In this document: positions 1 to 8,752 of the stretch, one piece after another
How positions within the stretch are numbered: the stretch's first letter is position 1
Layout: every line of letters starts with the position of its first letter
IMG/VR virus record: IMGVR_UViG_3300035670_000035
Coordinates: 72,132-136,131 of that record
Length of the DNA stretch: 64,000 nt
Direction: 5' to 3' (one strand)
Source: a virus
Made by a program: the position numbers and the translations under genes
Notes under the pieces: generated by a model
What the model was told of the DNA's origin: nothing
What the model saw: only the letters and a program-made list of their open reading frames with translations
The model's database searches: none

Positions 1-2
1 TA

Positions 3-938
3 AAAGTTTTATCCGCTTCAAGAATTAAAACTCTAGAAACTTGTTCTTGGGTTTACTGGAATAACTATCACGCTAAAGTACCACAAACTCAAAACGATGG
101 AGCGCTTAGAGGAACGATTTGTCACACTATTTTTGAACTTCTTTTAAATCCAAAACACAAGAATCATTATAGCAAAATCATAAAAAAGAATTCTATCAAA
201 GGTAGTAAAGCTATAACTAGACTCGTCAAGAAATTAAAAGCGAAAGTTGGATTAAATGAATCTAATTTTGAAATTCTTGACCAGATGATTATGGTTGGAC
301 TAAAACATGATTTCTTTGGTGAAAAAGATGGAAAGATTGTATCTCCAGAATATGCCTTTGAAATTAAGAATGATGAACCAAAATACCATATCAAGGGCTT
401 TATTGATAAGCCTATTAAATCGAAGAATAAAATGGTTATAATTGACTATAAAAGCTCTAAGGCTAAATTCAGAGGAGATGACTTAGAGGCTAATATTCAA
501 GCTATGATGTATAGTCTTGCTAGTAAAAAACTCTGGCCTAAGTTAAAGCCTATTGTGAGATTTCTATTTCTTAGGTTTCCAAAACAACCAATACAAGAAC
601 TAGAGTTTACAGATGAACAAATTAAAGGATTTGAATACTATCTAGAACACATTAATGATTATATTAATAAATTTGACGAAAATGCTGCCAAAGCTAATTT
701 TGCAGTAGATAATGATAAGAGTAAATGGATGTGTGGAATTGGAAACTGGAGATGCCCATATAGAGATTCCTATGAATATTATGTAAAATTAAATGATAAA
801 GGTGATGTTATTGAGACTAGTCTAGATGGTAAATTTAAAGATATGAAAGGATTTAATATAGAGAAAAGAAAATATGATGGATGTCCAAAATTTAATAATA
901 AAATTGAAATAAATAATACAGACGATTTTCTAGATTGA
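3..938 (+). CDS. PD-(D/E)XK exonuclease, Cas4/AddB-like (5' partial)
   Basis: Frame is open from base 3 (KVLSASRIKTLETCSW...GALRGTICH), so the gene is longer than the ORF track shows; GFIDK...IIDYKS nuclease motif, Q..MY motif, and 1+3 Cys pattern (TCS; MCG, RCPY, GCP) typical of Fe-S Cas4/AddB nucleases. Confidence 0.85.
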   Translation, partial: KVLSASRIKTLETCSWVYWNNYHAKVPQTQNDGALRGTICHTIFELLLNPKHKNHYSKIIKKNSIKGSKAITRLVKKLKAKVGLNESNFEILDQMIMVGLKHDFFGEKDGKIVSPEYAFEIKNDEPKYHIKGFIDKPIKSKNKMVIIDYKSSKAKFRGDDLEANIQAMMYSLASKKLWPKLKPIVRFLFLRFPKQPIQELEFTDEQIKGFEYYLEHINDYINKFDENAAKANFAVDNDKSKWMCGIGNWRCPYRDSYEYYVKLNDKGDVIETSLDGKFKDMKGFNIEKRKYDGCPKFNNKIEINNTDDFLD

Positions 939-963
939 CAATTAAAAATATATATTTTATAAT
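935..963 (+). promoter_or_regulatory. sigma70-type promoter, near-leaderless
   Basis: TTGACA (935-940), 17 nt, TATAAT (958-963); ATG 8 nt later; no SD. Confidence 0.85.
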
Positions 964-971
964 AATCAAAA

Positions 972-1721
972 ATGCAAGCTATACCTTTATTCAAATCTCA
1001 TTTTAGTATAGGTAGATCAATTCTTACTCTTGAAGACGAAGAAATCGGTGAGAATGACCCAGATTCTATTATAGATATAGCAAGAAAAAATGATATTAAA
1101 AATCTTTATTTAGTAGAAGATAATATGTCCTCTTTTCTTCAAGCATATACAAATACTAAAAAGTATAACATAAATTTAAGATATGGCTTGAGATTATCAA
1201 TTAATGATAATATTGAAGACAAGACAGAAGAATCAAGATCAAAAACCTCAAAAGTTGTTATATTTTTCAAGACAAATAAAGGTTATAAAAATCTAATAAA
1301 TATTTTTTCATTAGCCGCAAAAGAGGGATTTTATTATGAACCAAGAATAGATTATAAAAGTCTTAAAAAGCATTGGTCAGAAGAGGATTTGATTTTATGC
1401 GTACCATTTTATGATTCTTTTATATTTAATAACACATTAAAGAATTTTATATGTGTGCCAGATTTTAATTTTACAAAACCAGTAGTGTTCTTGGAAAAAA
1501 ATCATTTACCATTTGATGGTATCATAACTAATAGAATACAAAAATACGCAGACGTAAACAAATTAGAAGTTTTTAACACGAAAAGCATTTACTATAAAAC
1601 AAAGAAAGATTTTAAATCTTATTTGACTTTTAGATGCATTAACAATAGAACTACATTAAACAAACCAGAATTAATACATATGAGTAGTAGCGAATTCTGC
1701 TTTGAATCTTTAAAAGGATAA
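972..1721 (+). CDS. Stand-alone PHP domain of DNA polymerase III alpha (metal ligands degenerate)
   Basis: PLFKSHFSIGRSIL, KGYKNL, FYYEPRIDY and ..CI..RTTL follow the DnaE N-terminal PHP domain; HxH, TDH, GxE and NDxHY ligands are largely substituted. Confidence 0.85.
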   Translation: MQAIPLFKSHFSIGRSILTLEDEEIGENDPDSIIDIARKNDIKNLYLVEDNMSSFLQAYTNTKKYNINLRYGLRLSINDNIEDKTEESRSKTSKVVIFFKTNKGYKNLINIFSLAAKEGFYYEPRIDYKSLKKHWSEEDLILCVPFYDSFIFNNTLKNFICVPDFNFTKPVVFLEKNHLPFDGIITNRIQKYADVNKLEVFNTKSIYYKTKKDFKSYLTFRCINNRTTLNKPELIHMSSSEFCFESLKG

Positions 1722-1726
1722 AAATT

Positions 1727-2200
1727 ATGATAATAAAAAAACTAACAATTAATGGAACAAAAGCCATTCAAAGAGATGATAGAGAAGACAGGTTAAGAGA
1801 TTATAAAAAATGGATTTATGATCAGCCTAAATTATACGCTTCCGATATTGACCAAGTTGAATGGGGGTACAAAAATGGAGAAGAAGATCCAGTAGCAGTA
1901 TTAGAATTAACGAGAATTGATAAACAATATAGACCCCCAGTTGGTTATTTTGATGCGATTATACATAGATTTGAGATAAGAGATACTCAAGCTAGAAGAA
2001 TAAGAAAGATTGCTAAGAGACTAGGAGTTGACGCGCATATAGTCGCATTTCTTCAAGATCTTTCTGAGTTTTCAATGTATAATCTATCAAATCCAAATGG
2101 ATGGAACCATTTATCTCCTCAAGAATATATAAATTGGCACTATAAAATAAGAGGTCTAGATCATATGATGAAACCTATCGAAGATCCATTCTTGGGATAA
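1727..2200 (+). CDS. Hypothetical protein, possible PD-(D/E)XK-like fold
   Basis: Intact coupled ORF; SDIDQVE...AVLELT and Q..IRKIAKRLG..AHIV resemble restriction-endonuclease-like folds, but the catalytic Lys is not evident. Confidence 0.4.
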   Translation: MIIKKLTINGTKAIQRDDREDRLRDYKKWIYDQPKLYASDIDQVEWGYKNGEEDPVAVLELTRIDKQYRPPVGYFDAIIHRFEIRDTQARRIRKIAKRLGVDAHIVAFLQDLSEFSMYNLSNPNGWNHLSPQEYINWHYKIRGLDHMMKPIEDPFLG

Positions 2201-2203
2201 TTT

Positions 2204-2842
2204 ATGGACGAACATTTATTAAGATATAATAAAGATAAAACATTTGTTTTCATAGATCTGGAAACATTTAATCTTTGTCTTAATTTTTGTCATAATTTAC
2301 CTTGGCAAGTAGGAATGATAAAAGCTAAAGGAGATTTTAAAACTGATAGCAAGAATTTTTATATTCATTGGGATACCGATTTAAAAATCAGTCAAGATGC
2401 AGCAAGAATAACAAGATATGATCATAAAAAAGTAGAACGAGAAGGTTTAAAAATTAAAGACGCTTTTCCAACCATTAAAGACTGGTTAGACCATGCAGAT
2501 TATATTGTTGGGCATAATATTTTAGGATTTGATCTTTATCTTATAAAAGAATTATACGAACATATGGGATGTCATTGGGATCATCTTTTAAATAAAATTA
2601 TTGATACAAATTGTATTGCAAGAGGAGCAAAGTACGGCACACCATACAAATGTGATGAAAACTTATTAGAATATCAATATAAGATTTATCATACTAAAAG
2701 AAAAGATGTGAAAAGTAGTTTAACTGCTTTAGGTAAAGAAAATGGGATAGAACATGATTACGATAAATTGCATGACGCAATTAATGATCTTGACTTAAAT
2801 TTAAAAGTATGGAATAAATTAAAATGGCAAGTGGAGATTTAA
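2204..2842 (+). CDS. DEDDh 3'-5' exonuclease (epsilon/DnaQ-like proofreader)
   Basis: ExoI FIDLET, ExoII VGHNILGFD, ExoIII LHDAIND. Confidence 0.9.
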   Translation: MDEHLLRYNKDKTFVFIDLETFNLCLNFCHNLPWQVGMIKAKGDFKTDSKNFYIHWDTDLKISQDAARITRYDHKKVEREGLKIKDAFPTIKDWLDHADYIVGHNILGFDLYLIKELYEHMGCHWDHLLNKIIDTNCIARGAKYGTPYKCDENLLEYQYKIYHTKRKDVKSSLTALGKENGIEHDYDKLHDAINDLDLNLKVWNKLKWQVEI

Positions 2843-2843
2843 T

Positions 2844-3059
2844 ATGGCATCATTAGACGATATTTATGATATGATTCAAAAATTAGAGGATTCTGATATA
2901 GAATATCTTTTGATAACTATACAGAAGGGCAAAAAGACTGGTAAGGCTGATGTTTTTTATTCGTTAAAAGATAAAAATTCATTTAGAATTTTAGCCCAAG
3001 GCTTAGATTCTTTTAATAGAGAAATTGATAAATTAGATGGAGAAATTGGAAATGATTAA
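2844..3059 (+). CDS. Small hypothetical protein
   Basis: 71-aa ORF coupled to both neighbours inside the polymerase cluster. Confidence 0.6.
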   Translation: MASLDDIYDMIQKLEDSDIEYLLITIQKGKKTGKADVFYSLKDKNSFRILAQGLDSFNREIDKLDGEIGND

Positions 3060-5616
3060 AGAATTTGAATCTAGATTTAAAGACTTAGACTTACCTCTTC
3101 ATGGAGTTAGACTTCCAGAATTTAAAATCGAAAATAAGTATAAACATGAAGTAGGCATTAGTGAAGATTCTAGTAATTATGACTTCCTAAGAGCTTTATC
3201 TTTAAAAGGTTTTAAAGACTTAAATATTAACAAAGATTCACAAGAATATAAAAAATACATCGAAAGAGCAAAATACGAACTTGAAACATTAAAAGAACTA
3301 GGATTTATTGACTACATTCTTCTTGTATGGGATGTTATTAATTTTTGCAAAGAGAATAATATACCAGTTGGTCTAGGTAGAGGTTCTGCTGCTGGTTCAC
3401 TTATATTATATTTAATTGGAGTCACAAGGATTGATCCTGTTAAATATGACCTTTATTTTGAAAGATTTATATCCAAGATTCGAGCTAAAAAGCAGGTTGT
3501 TGATGGAGTAACCTATTTGGATGGTTCTTTAATGTGTGACGTTGATCTTGATATTTGTTATTATAATAGAAGCAAAGTATTAAATTATCTAGAAACCAAA
3601 TTCTTGGGCAAAACAAGTAAAATATTAACTTTAAATACTTTAAGTGGAAAACTTTTAATGAAAGAGTGTGGCAAAATTATTGGAGAAAAAACAGATCAAG
3701 AAATGACTGAAGTTTCAACATTAATTCCTAAAATATTCGGTCAAGTAAAAGATATTTCTACAGCATATGAAGAAGTTAATAAATTTAAAGAATGGTGCGA
3801 AGAAAATAAACAAATTTATCAGATTGCATTGAAATTAAGGAATCTTATTAAGAATAAAGGAGTTCATCCATCTGGAGTTCTTTTGTCTCATGATAATTTA
3901 AATAATTCTTGCCCAACAGAGTTATCAAGCGATAAAGAATCTGTTTCTAGTTTTGACATGAGTTGGGTGAGCTTATTTAATATTAAACTTGATATTTTAG
4001 GTTTAAGAAGCGTTTCTGTAGTAGATGACGTATGCAAAAGTATTGGTATAAAAATTACAGATATTGATTTGGACCATGAATCTATTTATAGAAATCTTCA
4101 AGATTTAAGATGTCCTCATGGATTATTTCAAATCGAAGCAGATACCAACTTTAAAGTATGCCAAAAAGTAAAACCCAAGAATCTAGAAGAACTTAGTGGA
4201 GTATTGGCTCTTGCTAGACCTGGAGCCTTACAATTCGTAGATAAATACGCAGCTCATACAAATTATCAACAATCAGAAAGTATCCATCCATTCTTTGATG
4301 ATATTCTAAAAGAAACTGGTGGAGTAGCTTTATATCAAGAACAACTAATGAAAATGGCTCACAAGATTGGCTTTACATTAGACGAAGCAGAAATCTTAAG
4401 AAGAATTGTAGGTAAGAAGAAAGTAGAAGAGATTAAAGATTGGCAAAAGAAAATTGAAAAGAAATGTAAAGAAAATAAAATACCAAAACAAGTAGGCGAA
4501 ATTCTCTGGAAAATTTTAGAGGATTCTGCAAATTATTCATTTAATAAATCTCATTCTCTAGCCTATGCAGCTTTGGCTGCTTGTACAATTTACTTAAAGT
4601 TTAATTATCCACAACAATTTTTCTTGTCCTTATTAAAGATGACAAGACATGAGCCAGATCCTATTGGTGAAATTTCAAAAATACAAAAAGAGATGGCACA
4701 TTTTAATATTAAATTATTAAAGCCTCACATTATCAAATCTGATATGGACTTTTCAATTGAGGATAATGATATTAGATTTGGTCTACTTTCTGTAAAAGGC
4801 ATCTCAGATAAATCTATTGAGAAGCTCAATAGTTTTAGAAATAAATATTCTAATAAATTTGAAATTTTTCAAGCAGCAGAAGAAGCCGATTTAAATATCG
4901 GAGTATTATGCTCCTTAATTCAAGCGGGTGCTTTAAGTGGTTTTAAACAAAGCAGAAGTAAAATTGTTTTAGAAGCTCAACTCTGGAATATTTTAACAAC
5001 CAAAGAAAAGAGATACGTTATTTCTTTTGCTGATAAATTTGATCATGATTTAATCAGAATTATTAAACATTTAAATAAATTTACCGATGAGAAGAATAAG
5101 GTTATTATTAAAGATGGTCGAATGGAGACTATTAAATCGAAATATGAACCATATTTAAAAATATATAATCAAAATAGTAAAAGTGAAAGTTTCGCTAATT
5201 GGTATTATGAAAAAAGATTATTAGGCTATACATACGAAAAAACGCTTAAAGATATCTTTTTAGATAAGAAAGACGACTTAATATCATTAATTGATATTAA
5301 TGATATGCCAATAAATGCTAAAGTTTCATTTGTTGCACAAGTTGAGGAAGTTTATTCTGGAGTTTCAAAAAGCGAAAAGAAAACCAAATATGTAAGATTA
5401 AAAGTCTCAGACGAAACAAGTAATTCAACGGTATTATTCTTTAATGATAAAATAGATACAAATAAAATATTAAACAAAAGCAAGAACTTTGAAGAAGGTA
5501 ATATTGTCATATTTAAAGGCATAAAAAGAGATGATTGTGTTTTTGGAGATTTAGGTGCAATCCAAGATCATGATATTTATATGAAACTTAGTGAAGTTAA
5601 GAATATAAAAACTTGA
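3037..5616 (+). CDS. dnaE: DNA polymerase III alpha catalytic core lacking PHP domain
   Basis: GLGRGSAAGS, LYFERF, catalytic DVDLD and KLDILGL, ALARPG, YQEQLM, YSFNKSH, IRFGL, C-terminal OB fold; start may be ATG at 3052. Confidence 0.95.
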   Translation: MEKLEMIKEFESRFKDLDLPLHGVRLPEFKIENKYKHEVGISEDSSNYDFLRALSLKGFKDLNINKDSQEYKKYIERAKYELETLKELGFIDYILLVWDVINFCKENNIPVGLGRGSAAGSLILYLIGVTRIDPVKYDLYFERFISKIRAKKQVVDGVTYLDGSLMCDVDLDICYYNRSKVLNYLETKFLGKTSKILTLNTLSGKLLMKECGKIIGEKTDQEMTEVSTLIPKIFGQVKDISTAYEEVNKFKEWCEENKQIYQIALKLRNLIKNKGVHPSGVLLSHDNLNNSCPTELSSDKESVSSFDMSWVSLFNIKLDILGLRSVSVVDDVCKSIGIKITDIDLDHESIYRNLQDLRCPHGLFQIEADTNFKVCQKVKPKNLEELSGVLALARPGALQFVDKYAAHTNYQQSESIHPFFDDILKETGGVALYQEQLMKMAHKIGFTLDEAEILRRIVGKKKVEEIKDWQKKIEKKCKENKIPKQVGEILWKILEDSANYSFNKSHSLAYAALAACTIYLKFNYPQQFFLSLLKMTRHEPDPIGEISKIQKEMAHFNIKLLKPHIIKSDMDFSIEDNDIRFGLLSVKGISDKSIEKLNSFRNKYSNKFEIFQAAEEADLNIGVLCSLIQAGALSGFKQSRSKIVLEAQLWNILTTKEKRYVISFADKFDHDLIRIIKHLNKFTDEKNKVIIKDGRMETIKSKYEPYLKIYNQNSKSESFANWYYEKRLLGYTYEKTLKDIFLDKKDDLISLIDINDMPINAKVSFVAQVEEVYSGVSKSEKKTKYVRLKVSDETSNSTVLFFNDKIDTNKILNKSKNFEEGNIVIFKGIKRDDCVFGDLGAIQDHDIYMKLSEVKNIKT

Positions 5617-5641
5617 CATTCTAATAAAAGTACATTATTAT
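5613..5641 (+). promoter_or_regulatory. sigma70-type promoter, near-leaderless
   Basis: TTGACA (5613-5618, contains the dnaE stop), 17 nt, TATTAT (5636-5641); ATG 7 nt later. Confidence 0.75.
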
Positions 5642-5648
5642 TCTTAAT

Positions 5649-6194
5649 ATGATATCATTCTATAAACCAAATAGTAAGAACACAGGAACTGCCTGTAGTT
5701 TCAGCGTAAACGAAAAAGACTCCTCAATTTGGAGCTCTCTAATTAAACAAGCGTCTTGGAACGATGCTAAAAAGGTAGGATCTTTTTCTCAAAATCAAAA
5801 TAACCCAGCAAAAAGCGTAAAGATTAAATTCTCTTTAACTGAAGCAGCTGGTATTCTAGACGCTATTGAGAGAGGAACAGAATTCTCTGCATATCATACT
5901 TCAGAGAAGCAAACTACACAAATTAAGTTTAGCCCATATATTAAAGACGAAAAACATGTAGGTTTTTCTTATATGGTATCTAAAACAGATAAACAAAATA
6001 GTGAAAATAAACAATCCTATGTAATAGGATTTTATTTTAATGAAGCTAGACTTTTAAAACAATTTTTAGGTTACGCTTTAGATTCAGTTTTTGATTCATT
6101 AAAAATTGAAATGATTAAAAAACTAAAAAATGCTAAAAAAGAAAATCAAGATAAAGTAGTTACTGATAATCAAGAAGATAGCGAACTTTGGTAG
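5649..6194 (+). CDS. Putative ssDNA-binding protein, Whirly-like fold
   Basis: Two repeated beta-sheet plus helix units (KFSLTEAAGIL; FYFNEARLL), FSAYH, directly after dnaE, acidic tail ending in an aromatic residue (DNQEDSELW). Confidence 0.55.
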   Translation: MISFYKPNSKNTGTACSFSVNEKDSSIWSSLIKQASWNDAKKVGSFSQNQNNPAKSVKIKFSLTEAAGILDAIERGTEFSAYHTSEKQTTQIKFSPYIKDEKHVGFSYMVSKTDKQNSENKQSYVIGFYFNEARLLKQFLGYALDSVFDSLKIEMIKKLKNAKKENQDKVVTDNQEDSELW

Positions 6195-6198
6195 TTTA

Positions 6199-8115
6199 AT
6201 GAGGAAAAAGAAACTAGTATATCAATCTGATTTTAGTTTAGCAAAAACTGGCTTTGGAAGAGCTGCCAAAGCCTTATTGTCTTATTTGTATAAAACTGGG
6301 AAATATGATATAACACATTATTCTTGTGGATTAACTTATAATCATCCAGAATTTGAAAGAACCCCTTGGAAAACAGTTGGTTCCTTACCAAATAACCCTC
6401 AAGAGATACAAGAGTTAAATAAAGATCCTAATGTTGCTAGATTAGCGAGCTACGGAGCTCATTATCTAGATAAGGTAATACAAGAAGAAAAACCAGACGT
6501 ATATATTGCAGTTCAAGATATATGGGGCATTGATTTCGCAATCGATAAAAAATGGTTTGATAAAATTACATCTGTACTATGGACCACATTAGATTCTTTA
6601 CCGATTTTACCAACCGCAGTAGAAAAAGCTCCAAAGATTAAAAATTATTGGATATGGAGTGATTTCGCTACAAAAGCACTGCATGATCTTGGACATAAAC
6701 ATGTTGAAACTGTACACGGACCTATTGAAGTTAAAAATTTCTATAGATTAGAAAACTCTAAAAGAGAAGAGCTTAGAAAAAGAAATAATATTCCATTAGA
6801 TGCTTTTATTGTTGGATTTGTTTTTAGAAATCAACTTAGAAAAAGCGTTCCTAACTTATTAGAAGGATATGCTTTATGGAAAAGATCTAATCCACAAATC
6901 AAAAATACATATCTATTATTCCATACACATTGGTCAGAGGGATGGAATATACATAGACTTGCAAAAGAATATGGAATTGATTTGAAGGAAATATTAACAA
7001 CTTATGTTTGTAAAACATGTGGAAATTATGAAGTAAAACCTTTTTATGGTCAAGATATTGATTGTAGATTCTGTGGCACTAAAAAATCTCAAACCACAAC
7101 AAATGTTGGATTAGGGGTTACAGAAGAACAACTAAATGAAGTATACAATATCATGGATGTTTATTGTCATCCATTTACTAGTGGTGGACAAGAAATACCA
7201 ATACAAGAAGCGAAACTAACAGAATTAATTACTCTAGTTACTAACTATAGTTGTGGTGAAGAAATGTGCCAAGATGAGGCGGCTACATTACCATTAGAAT
7301 GGTCAGAATATCGCGAGCATGGTACGGAATTTATTAAAGCTTCAACAAAACCAAATTCAATTGCTAAACAATTAAATAAAGTATATAATCTGCCAGTTCA
7401 AAAAAGAAGAGAAATGGGTAAGAAAGCCAGAGAATGGACTATCAATAATTTTTCTGTTGAAGTTGTAGGTAAATATATAGAGAATTTTATAGATAATGCA
7501 CCATTTACAGATTTTGATTTCTCTACAAAGGAAGAGGAAAGAGAGCCTTTTCATAAAATTCCAGAAATAAAAGATGACGCAGAATGGATAACGTATATGT
7601 ATCATAATATACTTAAAATGCGTCATGTGGATAATAATGATGATGGTCATAAATATTGGATGAACGAAATATCAAAAGGAGTAAAACGACAAGATATTGA
7701 AAAATATTTTAGACAAGTTGCTACTCAAGAAAATCAAAAAAATAAAAAAATTACTTTTGAGGAATTGTTAGGCGAAGGTAATCCAAAAGATAGAATTCTA
7801 TATGTAATGCCAGAATCTATAGGTGATATTTATATGTCCACAAGTTTATTTGCTTCTATAAAGAAGCAATATCCAGATAAAAAATTATACGTCGCAACGA
7901 ATCCTCAATATTTTACAATATTGGAGGGTAACCCTTTTGTAGATAAAGTCATACAATATACCCCTCAAATGGATCAACTATTATGGTTGGAAGGAGTTGG
8001 AGATCATAAAGGTTTTTTTGAAATTGCATTTTTACCGCACATAGGCACGCAAAGGATGTTTAATTATCAACATAATGGGAAAACTAAAATAGCCTTTGAT
8101 TTAAAAGATGAATGA
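6199..8115 (+). CDS. Multidomain glycosyltransferase: GT4 with Zn-ribbon insert, DUF4214-like domain, GT9-like N-terminal half
   Basis: TGFG, VFRNQLRK, DVYCHPFTSGGQEIPIQEA (GT4 ExxxxxxxE region); CKTC..CRFC; WITYMYHNIL..DNNDDGHKYW; PESIGDIYMS..IKKQYPD. Confidence 0.85.
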   Translation: MRKKKLVYQSDFSLAKTGFGRAAKALLSYLYKTGKYDITHYSCGLTYNHPEFERTPWKTVGSLPNNPQEIQELNKDPNVARLASYGAHYLDKVIQEEKPDVYIAVQDIWGIDFAIDKKWFDKITSVLWTTLDSLPILPTAVEKAPKIKNYWIWSDFATKALHDLGHKHVETVHGPIEVKNFYRLENSKREELRKRNNIPLDAFIVGFVFRNQLRKSVPNLLEGYALWKRSNPQIKNTYLLFHTHWSEGWNIHRLAKEYGIDLKEILTTYVCKTCGNYEVKPFYGQDIDCRFCGTKKSQTTTNVGLGVTEEQLNEVYNIMDVYCHPFTSGGQEIPIQEAKLTELITLVTNYSCGEEMCQDEAATLPLEWSEYREHGTEFIKASTKPNSIAKQLNKVYNLPVQKRREMGKKAREWTINNFSVEVVGKYIENFIDNAPFTDFDFSTKEEEREPFHKIPEIKDDAEWITYMYHNILKMRHVDNNDDGHKYWMNEISKGVKRQDIEKYFRQVATQENQKNKKITFEELLGEGNPKDRILYVMPESIGDIYMSTSLFASIKKQYPDKKLYVATNPQYFTILEGNPFVDKVIQYTPQMDQLLWLEGVGDHKGFFEIAFLPHIGTQRMFNYQHNGKTKIAFDLKDE

Positions 8116-8749
8116 AGTTAAAGTACTTGTTCCACAATTAATATCTCCAAAAGGAGCTTGGTTTTTTTGGAAACAAAATGCGGATAATATATTTAATAAT
8201 TTAACATTTAAAAATAAATATAGAGCCATATACGATGGTTATATCGAAGGTAATGAACATAGATATGCTAAATTAGTAAAGTTAAGAAATAAAATTATAG
8301 AAGATAACTTAAAAGACGAATATACTCATATTTTTTGGATGGATGTAGATATAGTAGAATACCCTTTTGATATTATAGAAAAATTACTATCAATTTCCAC
8401 AACAGAAGTAGTCGCACCATATGTTTATATAGAAGATAATGATTGGTGGCCTTGGAAAAGATTCTATGATATTGATGGTTTTATTGATTGTCAAGGAGTC
8501 AAATTTGATTTTAAACCACCATATAATAGATCTAATGGAGATATTAAAACAGAAGTTAATTCTGTAGGAACTTGTTTTATTATTCCAGCTCATTTACATA
8601 AAAAGATAAAATATGATATTAATGATAAAAGATTAGATCATGTAGCTTTTTTTGAGAAAGTTCGCGGTCTTGGACGTAGAATAATAGTAGAACCAAGTAT
8701 AGAAATAAGACATGCATTTTTACCTAAATATGGAGAAAATTTTCATTAA
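8108..8749 (+). CDS. GT-A fold glycosyltransferase
   Basis: RNKII, FWMDVD (DxD), VVAPY, EVNSVGTCFII, late H motif. Confidence 0.75.
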   Translation: MNEVKVLVPQLISPKGAWFFWKQNADNIFNNLTFKNKYRAIYDGYIEGNEHRYAKLVKLRNKIIEDNLKDEYTHIFWMDVDIVEYPFDIIEKLLSISTTEVVAPYVYIEDNDWWPWKRFYDIDGFIDCQGVKFDFKPPYNRSNGDIKTEVNSVGTCFIIPAHLHKKIKYDINDKRLDHVAFFEKVRGLGRRIIVEPSIEIRHAFLPKYGENFH

Positions 8750-8752
8750 TTT

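Noticed and set aside
3-938. CRISPR-Cas locus suggested by the Cas4-like gene
   Set aside because: No repeat-spacer array or other cas genes; stand-alone Cas4-like nucleases are common in phages
3037-5616. Intein or intron in dnaE
   Set aside because: The ORF is continuous, of expected core length, with no C/S...HN splicing motifs; the only insert is about 14 aa
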